Source: Stylophora pistillata (taxonomy: Eukaryota). From it: a stretch of DNA of 64,000 nucleotides. Under the pieces are notes generated by a model. It ran no database searches. It was not told the origin of the DNA and saw nothing but the letters and a program-made list of their open reading frames with translations. The position numbers were made by a program, and so were the translations under genes. The DNA lies in assembly GCF_002571385.2 (NCBI RefSeq), contig NW_019218108.1:186517-250516 (forward strand), read 5' to 3'. Of this stretch, positions 1-11,366 are shown one piece after another (within the stretch, counting starts at the first letter, position 1; each line of letters opens with the position of its first letter).

Positions 1-1
1 T

Positions 2-10
<9 letters not shown>

Positions 11-36
<26 letters not shown>

Positions 37-333
37 TGTGTAGTATCACTGAGTATTTTTACTTGTTGTTTGTATTTTGACTTGCCCTACAGGCTCATCA
101 AAGTACAGCACAACTCCTAAAAATACTCAGCAATACTACACAACCAAACATCTAATAAGATATATTTATTCTCAATAAATCTCTTATTAGACATTTTGTT
201 GTGTAGTATCACTGAGTATTTTTACTTGTTGTTTGTATTTTGACTCGCCCTACAGGCTCATCAAAGTACAGCACAACTCCTAAAAATACTCAGCAATACT
301 ACACAACCAAACATCTAATAAGATATATTTATT
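11..333. mobile_element. Two tandem copies of a ~160 bp palindromic MITE
   Basis: 11-170 and 174-333 are near-identical. Each has long imperfect terminal inverted repeats (AATAAATCTCTTATTAGA...TCTAATAAGATATATTTATT). Both are absent from the paralogous site near 1445. Confidence 0.8.
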
Positions 334-734
334 GCATATCAAAGGCTGTGTAATGAGGGGGTTTATAATTAGTCAATGACATGAACCATTCAGATCACTT
401 TATCTCCAGTCCAGCAAGGGTTGATTCATGTATCTTTCTGTTACTGGACTGGGCATCATTGCAAGTGACCTTGAATGACTTGCCAAAAATAAGAATGGTG
501 GACATCATAGTTCTTTTTGGAGAGAGCATTTTGACTCTTCAGAGTGGATGCTGAGATGCTGAGATGCTGAGTCTTCACTTCAAACTGAAATAATTTGGAG
601 TGGAACGGAGGGTGAATCAGCTGACTGGTAGATCTTAAAACCCTCATGGAAGCAATTTTCATCTACAAATTAATTTATTTTTATTAATTATCTCATGCAT
701 GATGTGGGACTGATTTGGAATTAATGTTTTTCAG

Positions 735-843
735 ATGGATGGCTGGTGTTGGGTTGACCTGCATTCTTCTCCTTGTTGTGGTGTTGATGGCTCTTGGCTT
801 GATGTGTGGTGTCTGTGGTCATGACAAGGAGGCTTCACCAACC
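735..843 (+). other. Second copy of the prominin TM3 exon, cut off by an N-gap
   Basis: Segment ~331-843 is nearly identical to ~1448-1961, with the same acceptor and the peptide [36 protein letters not shown]. It ends at the gap at 844. Confidence 0.85.
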
Positions 844-1852
844 NNNNNNNNNNNNNNNNNNNNNNCTTATCTAATAAAAGTATTAGTTAAAATACTTGGT
901 TTGTAGTCTTCCGTCTTAAAACAGTCAACTGCTAGCTGCCCAGTTGTTCAAATGGTAGATACATGGATGCTAGGGATAGATTGCTTTTGCAGTGCATAAA
1001 TGTTTACAAAACCTGTTGGGCCATCCATGGGATTGAGGTTTGTCCACTGGATGTCATGATCCCCCCTTCAAACAACCAGGACCAGGCATCATATTGCTGA
1101 CTTTTTTTCCGGTTAATAGGATGTCATCTCAAAACTTGAGGAATATAAAACTGATACCATCCCAAAGGCCAAAAAAGAAGCAGAAAAATATGACAACTAC
1201 AGGTAAGGTTACAGGTTCTCCATTTGTTGAGCTGAACCCTTAGACAACTCAGAAAAATTAGAGAAAGATATTGAACAGTTGGTTAAATTTTAAATGTTTT
1301 GCAGTAAAAACACAATTTTGTTAACTGCATCAGTCATGTTTTGATGGACAGTCTAATTGTTTAGATGAGTGTAATATATGATTGAAAACAAGTTGTAATA
1401 AATGCTAGATTGCTCTATGTGTGAGTGTTGCAGTAGTAAACCCCCTCATTGCATATCAAAGGCTGTGTAATGAGGGGGAGTATAATTAGTAAGTAACATT
1501 AACCAATCAGATTACTTTATCTCCAGTCCCGCAAGGGCTGATACATGTATCTTTCTGTTACTGGACTGGGCATTATTGCAAGTGACCTTGAATGACTTGC
1601 CGAAAGTCTCCTAAATAAGAATTGTGGACATCATAGTTCTTTTTGGAGAGAGCATTCTGACTCTTCAGAATGGATGCTGAGATGCTGAATATTCACTTCA
1701 AACTGAAATAATTTGGACTGGAATGGGAGGTGAATCAGCTGATTGGTAGAACTTAAAACCCTCATGGAAGCAATTTTCATTTACAAATTAATTTATGTTT
1801 ATTAATTATCTCATGCATGATGTGGGACTGATTTGGAATTAATGTTTTTCAG

Positions 1853-4800
1853 ATGGATGGCTGGTGTTGGGTTGACCTGCATTCTTCTCCTTGTTGTGGT
1901 GTTGATGGCTCTTGGCTTGATGTGTGGTGTCTGTGGTCACGACAAGGAGGCTTCACCAACCACTCGGGGTACAGTGTCCAACTTGGGAGGTCTTTCTCTT
2001 ATGGCGTAAGAAACATTTGATTGATTATTCATGTTTTAACATACATGCAGTGCTCCAGAACCTGTATGATTTTTATCTTTTTTAAAAAATCTACTACTAA
2101 TTTCCTTTTTTAAATTTCAAAGAGTATCCTATTCTCTGAAAATTGTTTGCAAATGTGCATGAAATCTGACCATGGACATTGCCATTTGAAAACAGCCTAG
2201 GATTGCAGCCCTATAGGTATAGTGTCCCAGAAATCAAGTCTTCTGGGGCAACCAAAACATGCCAAAATGGTGTCGCTTTGGCCAGGGGGCTTTCTGCCTT
2301 TAAGAAGTCCTCTCTGGTTTGAATGGATTTAGTCTGAGGGCAGCCATGCTTTGTTCTTTGTACCAGATAAGCAGAAAGGTTGCTTGGCAATATTCAAAAT
2401 GGCAGCACTTGACATCAGATTTTAAACAAGTTCAGAGACATTTTTAAGAGCTTAGGTTACTCTTTAGATTCTCCTAACTATTTCTTATGATGTAGTAAAA
2501 AGTTGCCAAGTATTTTTTGGTAGAAATTTTTCCTATACTAACCCAGTTTCGATTTACCTTTTCAGTAATAGTTCAAAACCATAATATTTGTCTTCCTGTA
2601 ATTTGCTCCTTTCATTTTTAGTGCTGCTGGGTTCTGTTTCATTTTTGCATCATTTTTGATGCTATTGACCACAATCTGTTTTATTATTGGAGCACCATTG
2701 CAAACAGTATGTGAAGCTGTTGATTCTGGTAAACTGTACTCTGAGGTTTGTACAAACACCTTTATTTTGTTACTATCAATTAGTAATTAAGTACTGTGGC
2801 CCACAAGGGTCACTACATAAAAAAAGGTCAACTGCATATTAAAGTACACCATATACAAACAAAACAAATTTGGCTGCAAATTAAAAATAATTATGTTGCT
2901 GCAAGTTGAAAAAAGATGTTGCTGCAAATAAAAAAAGATGTTGCTGCAAATAAAAAAGTGTCGCTGCAAATGGAAAATGTTGCTGCAAGCACAGGCTTAC
3001 CATCTTAAATATCTGTGGTTTCGGGTTTCTATGGTTTTTGGGTTCCTGTGGCATTTACATAGCCGTTATCAATGTAGTTCAAATATATTGCCCCTAGAAC
3101 CTGTCCCTAGTAGTCNNNNNNNNNNNNNNNNNNNNNNNNNNNNNNNNNNNNNNNNNNNNNNNNNNNNNNNNNNNNNNNNNNNNNNNNNNNNNNNNNNNNN
3201 NNNNNNNNNNNNNNNNNNNNNNNNNNNNNAAGTGAAAGATACAAAGCTAGCACAATCACCCAAATCAAAAGAGATTTTGGGGGTCTGGAAGTCTTTTAAG
3301 AAACTCTTGTATAGACCCTGGGCTTATATATATAGCTTCATATGGGACTTTTAGAAGGGTTTGTAAACAAGGAGGAACTTCTATTTGAGAGTGCTTACAA
3401 CCAGAATAGGAAAGAGAAATAATTTTTTCAAATTTACTTTTTGAAGTAGTACAGAGCTCCTGTCTCTTTAAAGAGAGAGTGCTTAGTTGGGGCTTGTATC
3501 AATGAGGGCTTCAAATCAGATGCATTTGTGGGCCGATAACCAGGGGGGGGTGTTAAAGTGGGCTGGGGGGTGCTTCTAAGCAGCAGTTTACAGTATTCAA
3601 GGTGTTCTACCAATTTCAGGAAATCAATAAGAACTTTAATTACTATTTTACCATATGTATCCAGGGACAAATAGTGTTGAAGATTTGTGACTGTGTCATT
3701 TTGTGGAAAATACTAAAATCATGAACATTGTAATTAAAGTGATTAAGTTACTGACTTTTAATTCTGACATTAATTCTTTTTAATTGTTTTACAAAATTTT
3801 TTTTTTAATGGTTTTTAAAAAATACTATTTTCAGGTTGTGGATAATCCACGCTTTTGGGGTGATGAAGGATACCTCTTATCAAGAACCTTTTTTGGTGCA
3901 AATAAGTCAAACATACAATTCACTATAGGTGGATTCATTGAGTGAGTGATGCTCTCTGCTGCAGTAATTTTTTGCAAGTTGTCTCTTCTGAGTAATTGTG
4001 ATGTTCCCTGCTGAATATACAACATAGCATTTCACAGGTTTAATGTTTAGAAATCTGGATTGAGACCAGGCCATTTACCTTTTTGCCATCACTATTGGTC
4101 TTCTGTTATGCAAAAGTTTTGGAGTGTCATTAATTAGCAAGTTTAGAAACAAGCTTAGAGGTTGATAGGTGCATGTCAGTTACAATTATAGTCTCTCTGT
4201 TGTCTTCAATAAGTAACTTGCTTACACAAACATGCAGTGTAGAACACCATACCTTCATTCAAACTGTTACCGGTGATCTTTTGGGCAATAAATCGGTCCA
4301 ATTCCATCCCAACATTTCACTATCACAGTGCTGGCAGAATTACAACTTCCCTTTAATATCCTCAGCAGGTTACAGAAAGAAGCATAAAACTAGAAAGTAA
4401 TACATGACAAAGAAATCAATTGGAAGAACGAACTGTTCACAAGTCGGCTTGTTTTGATGAAACACATGAAAATCTTAAGAGGACACATTAAAAAAGAACA
4501 AAATTGAGCTACAAACTAGCTTTGTCCAGTGATGAGGGTAATGGACTGGTTGAAATCTAAAGAAATCTAAGAAAATGCTCCTTTGCAGAACAAAACTAGC
4601 AAGGCAACTTTGACTGCTCTAAATCTGACGTTCGCAGATCATGTTGTGTAAAACACATTTGTTTTTTGGGAATGCATGCTAGGAAGCTCAGGAAATTACC
4701 TAAGTGTTACTTGTGGCTTAGCGTTAGCTACTCACAAACATTTTGCCATTTGTTGGTTAACAGGAACATATTTGAGTAGTTATGATGATGTTTCAATTTT

Positions 4801-7800
4801 GTTTTATTTCAGAAACTGCCGGCAGAACAAACCACTATTCAAAGCTGGGCCCTTTGATCAAGCTTTTAATATTTCAGACAGGCTGGACATCAAAAAGGTT
4901 AAGCCTACAGTATTACACTGTTTTTACAGTTTAGTATCAAGTGAAGTCACCTAAATGTATATGGATATCATGAATTATGTGAACAAATACTAACAGAATT
5001 CCTTGTATGAATGACGCTTTGTTGATGTTGTTACACATCTTGTGTTCATTGCATTGCAATGGTTTCTTTGTTTCATAAATGGTAACATGTTGAGTTTTAC
5101 CTTAGTAAGTTTTATTCACTGTAAAATGATCAGAGAGAAGTCAAGTACATGAGTATGTGCTAATTTTTCATTCTTTTTTTATGTTTTGTTTTCATTTTTA
5201 CATCAGGACTCGACACTAACCGTAGCCCACTAGCCACAGACTAGTAGAAATTCAGGTTTGGCTAGTGGTTTTAGATTTCCACTAGCCAGTTTGCCTAGTA
5301 AACAAACTGAAATTGTTGTAACATCTAAAATATCACTAGCCACTTGGCTAGTAAGTTGAAAAGTTAGTTTTAAGCCCTGTACATGGGTACATATTTCAAG
5401 AATGAATTGAAAGGTGACTTGTGATTGGTTATGTTTTTGGCCACCCAAATGTTGCTTTTGTTGTTTACTTATGCAGTTGCTTGGAAATGATACTACAGAG
5501 CAGTTTGACAATTTAAAGGTCAACCTGAGTGATGTGAATGTCTTCAGCAATGAAACCCGCAACAGCCTTATTCACCTTAGGGATTCAGGTGTTGATGATA
5601 TTGATTTTGGTGCATTTTTGAATGAGGTAAAGGTGTAGTTTTGTTGTTTCTTTTTTATTTATTTTGATTATACCTGTATTTCCTTCTTTCTTTCATGATA
5701 AATTATTAATAGAATTTTTCTGGACACTTACATGTTTTAAACCTTGTCTAAGGAGTAATAAGTACAACAAAAATTAATTGCTTTGTAGATTTCATAATAA
5801 GTAAAAACTGTAAACACCCATGGGACTCACTTATGCAGCTTATTCTGACATGTAATCTTCAAGTAGTCTTATATATTCTCCATGATAATCTCAAACATTT
5901 GTCCATTAAAGTGAAACTCAAATTTCCTTTTTTGCAGTCCTCTAAATTGAGCTTTTCTCATTTTTCACTCTTTCATGCAATGGTTAAGGTGGCTCGTACC
6001 AGTTTCCTTGCGCGGGGAACAGATCACTCTAGGGTCATGCGCGAGAGAAACGTGCGAAAGAAGCGCGAGATTAAAAGATGAAAATTTAAAACAAAGATGG
6101 CGGCGCGATGATTTTTTCTTCTTATGTGAGAAGTTTACCTACGAGCTTGTATTTGATGTGTTGAGCGGCAACTGTGAATGCAGGAAATAGAAACTAAGAT
6201 AATGAAGATGATTTTCAGAGAAGTAAAGGTTGCTTCACTTCACATTTAAAAGTAATATTCAACCGATATGAAATCTTGCGATGGTGAGAAAAGAAGAACT
6301 CAAGTGAACGATAATCTACCTGAAGTGGAAGAAGACTTTGAAACTTCAAGGAAAATAATATGATATAGCCAGAAGTCATGTGTAGGATTTTTAAGATGAG
6401 TTCGGGAGGCTGTCTTTGAGCTGTTTAATGATTTTCTTAGCAGTAAACGTCTTTAAACATCAGATCATAGGTGCTCGCGCGAGAACATGCAATTGTCAGC
6501 GGTAGCTAAAATAGATCATGAGCAAATGTCGATCTTATAGAATCCAGATTTTTAAATGCGCGAGAACGCACGTGGAAATTGCTAAACTCACGAAAGCTAT
6601 TGCATGAAAACAAGTACAGTGACCCCTTCTTTTTATTGTTCCAATATGATGATAATGTCAAAAGGAATCATCAGAAAAAAAAATAGAAAATGCTACCAAA
6701 GGAAATTTGTGATGTGTGAAAATTGCCNNNNNNNNNNNNNNNNNNNNNNNNNNNNNNNNNNNNNNNNNNNNNNNNNNNNNNNNNNNNNNNNNNNNNNNNN
6801 NNNNNNNNNNNNNNNNNNNTAGAATTTTTTAAAAATCTTTGTGCATTTTCCTTTTCAAGTGCCAAAAGCAATCACTGAAAAAAATCAGGGGGTCACCGGG
6901 TTAGTTTTCAAATTTTTTAAGCCACCAGCTAAAAAATGCGTCTGAATAAGCCTATGAAAGTGTTGCCATGGAAACTGCTAGTGACCAAATGACACTTATT
7001 TTTGGATAACCAATGATTATGTAATTCAACCCCGTAAAAGTGTTCAACTGGCCTTGGTCAGTCTTTCTGTTGTATTCTTTCAAAGTTACAAACCATCAAA
7101 AAGATGAAAACCGGTATGAGCCACCTTAAACGCATGTTTTAATTTCTTTGAGTGAGTATTTTGATTTATAAGACACTTGAGAAGCACTTACTTTTTTGTT
7201 GGGGGTTACATGACATCAGGCATGCCCTGATGATGTCTTGAACAGGCTTTCACCCAGTCAAATATGAGCAAAATAATGGCATGGTATAGACAACTGAATT
7301 TTCTCTAATAATGGCCCTAAAAGATGGTGCAGTTGGAAGTTATCACTTTTTTGAACTCCTAGGCATTGTTATATACCAGTATCTGTATAATGATGATGAT
7401 TACATTTTGAAATAATTAACAGTGTTTTTTTTTTTTTGTCTTTTTAATTTATAGACCACAAAAGGTATAACAGCTGTTAATCTCACAGCATTTGCCAAGA
7501 ATATCAGTGATCTTGGTGATGCATATCAGAACGCAGGAAACATGTTTTCTGGAGTTAATGCAACTTATGCAGCTGAGGCTTATGTAAGTTCACAATTTGT
7601 TGTAGGAAATGTAAGTTTTAATTAGACTGTTTTTAAAATATTTTAGATTGTAATCCCCAGGACCTCTTGTACAAATAGATCAGAAGCCTTGTTGTTATAT
7701 CCCATAATGATAACAATTGTGTTGATCAATCTGTTTCATGCTGTTTCAGAGTTTGTTTTTTTTTTTATTTATGTGACTATTTGAGTCTGGGTGATCTCAT

Positions 7801-10800
7801 TTGACCACAGTGGAAAGCCATTATAGCCCCAGATTACTCTTCTTGCTCAATTGGATATTACTTTAAAATCATCTCAATGTTCCTGTTTTTGTATACTTCT
7901 AGAGACTGGGAAACAAGTCACATGACACTGCCCAGGCCCTGCGCAATTTACAGGAGGATGTAGTCAAGGATATGGAAATTAAATCAGTAAGGAAATCCAC
8001 TTTCCTTTCAATATGGTTTTGCAATTTTAGATTTACAAAGGGTTTATCATGTAACTAGGATTCTTAACATTGGTAGTAGTATCTTTAACCAAGTTTAAAA
8101 AGCTGCCAAAAAAGCCAGTTAGGTAGCATTAGCTGCTAAGGAGGTTCACAATCTTGCTCCCCTGGGAGGTTTTTATTTAGTTGTATTACACAGCTTTCAG
8201 AGGGGAGATTTATTTGCCTGTTGGTTGAAATAATTATCATGTTTTATTCAACTATTGCATAATTTGTAAATAGAATATGAAAGATGGTAAGTTCTGAGCC
8301 AGGTAAAGAAATAGAGAAGTATTTTTGTTTTGTTACATTGTACATAATACACGTGTCATAATTAGTATGTGCATAGGGTATTTCATGTAAGTGATGTATT
8401 TGTTAATTTTGTAAAGTATAACCACTCAGTAAGTTGCTCAAGGTAATGCAGCTCAATTGGTGAATTGTGACACTGGCTTAATTACTTTATGTATATTTTT
8501 GTTACAGAAAGAGTTAGATACAAACGTGAAGGAACTGCGAACCATTGGTGGATAACTCTCGGTAAATGTTATTTGGTCATCATTTAATTGATAGCATGGC
8601 TTAAGAAACTGTAGGGATGAAATTACTGTCTTATTTTTTTTTCTAAATGTTTTTTAACTTTCCCAAGCAGAAATACATCGGAAACTAACAGTTTTTGATT
8701 CATTTAAGGAGTTCACTGCTGTGTAAACTCTTGCAAAACATGGAATAAACTAACTGCACTTAAAGAGATGCCTATTGCTTAATGAGGTGCACTTCAAAAG
8801 TTCTTTCAATTTCCTTGGTTAACCATAAGACCATTCTGGCAGATTTGCAAAGGAAATGGTGTCATGGAAAATGATTTTTTTCATCATGGTAGATGAATGA
8901 TCATCTAGTCATTTGTCTCTTGAGGTCAAGACAAAGAAAGGCTACACAGTTTTAGTGATTTTGACATTTCGACAACTGTATTGCCAGTCTGTCAGGTGAT
9001 GAGGTCAGAAGTTTCTCTGTTGCTATTTATAGCAAATCAAGGTACCATAACCAAAACCAAACAACCGTCAGCAAACCAAGGTGTTATAAAAGGCAACATG
9101 GAAACTATTGACCTGATGGCCTATCTAAGACTTGCAGTATGATAGTCAAAATGTTGTGATCAGTACAACTGATTGTCTGACTCTACTTTGTGAGACAAAC
9201 ATTTAAATGGTCATTTATTTGTTGAAATGGTATCAGATTGAGAAAGAGTCAAAATGTATGTGAGCTTGAGTACCCACTAAAACATGATATGTGTTCTATA
9301 ACAGAGTCTTATTTGACCATGATCTCCTTAACACAGCAGTGAGTTTCGCTTCAGAAAAATGACTGCTGAGGTAGATCACTCTTTTAGTTGTTGATTTGAC
9401 TTTATTTTGATTTAAGACACTAGCAAACAACACTTTAGGAAAAGCAGAGGAGGCAGAGAAATTTCTTCATACTCGATCAGCTTCTAACATCAACAAAGTA
9501 AGTAACTAAGTTTAGGTATCATGACGGCTATTGCACACTATGGTGGCCTACAACTGTCACATCATTTTTAATGTCACTCACATCAAATTAAAATCACTCG
9601 CATCAAATTAAAATCACTCACATCAAATTAAGATCACTCACATCAAAATAAAAATACTCACATTAAATTGAAATTACTCACATCAAATACAAATCGCTCA
9701 CATCAAATACAAAACGCTCACATCAAATTCAAATCGCTCACATCAAATTCAAATCGCCCACATCAAATTCAAATCGCTCGCATCAAATTCAAATCGCTCA
9801 CATTAGATACAAATCGTTACATCAGTTGGTCAGCGGCTAAGTCAATGAATGCTATCCCCAATGTTTACTTGGTCTTCCACTTTACCGCCATTTTGTACAA
9901 CCGTTTTGTACGATCGTTCTTTGACTGGACACTAGTTCATTGATCAGAATTCTAGCAAATATGTATTGTACTAATTGTGGGAGCGATGTTGAAAACTGCA
10001 AATTATGCAGAACCTGTGGCAAAGGTAAGAGAAATGTTGCACATATTTTGCTCTACATTTATATTATGGACGATCGGTGAGATCCAGTGTTGCTCATTTC
10101 GGCTCAACATCAACTTGCACGTGTGAAAGTGAGATTTCGGGAAAAGAACAATCGTACAAAATGACGGTAAAGTGGAAGACCGAGTAAACATTGGGGATAG
10201 CATTCATTGACTTAGCCGCTGACCAATAGATGTAACGATCTGTATTTGATGTGGGCAATTTGTATTTGATGTGAGCGATTTATATTAGGTGTGAGCGATT
10301 TGAATTTGATGTGAGCGATTTGAATTTGATGTGACTGATTTATATTTGATGTGAGCGATTTGAATTTGATGTGAGTAACTTTATTCTGATGTGAGTGATC
10401 TTAATTTGATGTGAGTGATTTTAATTTGATGTGAGTGATTTTAATTTGATGTGACAGTTGTGGGCGACCGTAGCACACTATGTACTCTAGCAAAGTGAAT
10501 GTAATTGGTATTGAAAAAAGGTCTATACTATTGGATTAGAAGATTTTCAAATAAATAGCGTGCTCCGGGAGAGCCTGAATAGGCAATATGATCAGGGACA
10601 ATTATCTTAGTGAGTGGTTATTTAAAAAACAAACAAAAAAAAAAAGAAAATGCACAAAAAACAAACAAACAAATACACAAACAAATGAACAAATTGGAGG
10701 TCAAAAGAATTTTAAGCAATCACTGGTGAATCCCCATAAACGATCTGGCTGTGTCCAAGGTCATAGTATTGAGATGATTTTTCTCTCAGTCAGTTTTACG

Positions 10801-11324
10801 TGTAGCAGACGTGAGGTCAATTGTCACTGTAACATGCAAGAGTGTTGAATTGAAAGTGAAAAAAAAAGATGGTTAATAATTCAGGTGTTTATCAATTTTC
10901 TGCATGTGGTTGCCATTCTTAACCCTAATTTCTGTTGTTTTTCTTTTGATGTAGATTGTAGAAGGGTACACGGAGCGAGTGTTAGGTTGGGGATTTCAAT
11001 TCACAGACCACATTGAGTACCTTGTAAGTGATGGCTATAATTATAGTAATTTAGACTTGTGAAGCTGCTTGATACCTGAAATGGGGAACAAGCTTAAGTT
11101 TTGATCGAAACCATAAGGTTATCCTTGAAATTATTAGTGTTAATACTAGAGCATTTTTCTGTTGACTGTCAAAGGCTACATTTAGTTTTTCTCAACTGTG
11201 CATTGTTTTTGCCACAAAATAGTTTTAAATTGTATGTATTTACTTTTGGGTTTGGTTTTATGATCTGATACTCAATTAAAATGTTTTCTTTTACGTTCTG
11301 TGGTAGGGTTTGGTATGAGAAAGA

Positions 11325-11366
<42 letters not shown>

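Noticed and set aside
7214-7237. CTGATGA within a 20-bp palindrome as a hammerhead (also CTGATGA near 35125, 46860 and minus 51706)
   Set aside because: None has the GAAA box together with valid stems II and III.
8553-8555. Selenocysteine or programmed readthrough in prominin
   Set aside because: The codon is TAA rather than TGA, and I recognised no SECIS or readthrough context.
9560-10460. CRISPR-like array from the 20-bp repeats (also the 27-bp array at 62.6-63.5 kb)
   Set aside because: The units are contiguous with no unique spacers, there are no cas genes, and the context is eukaryotic.
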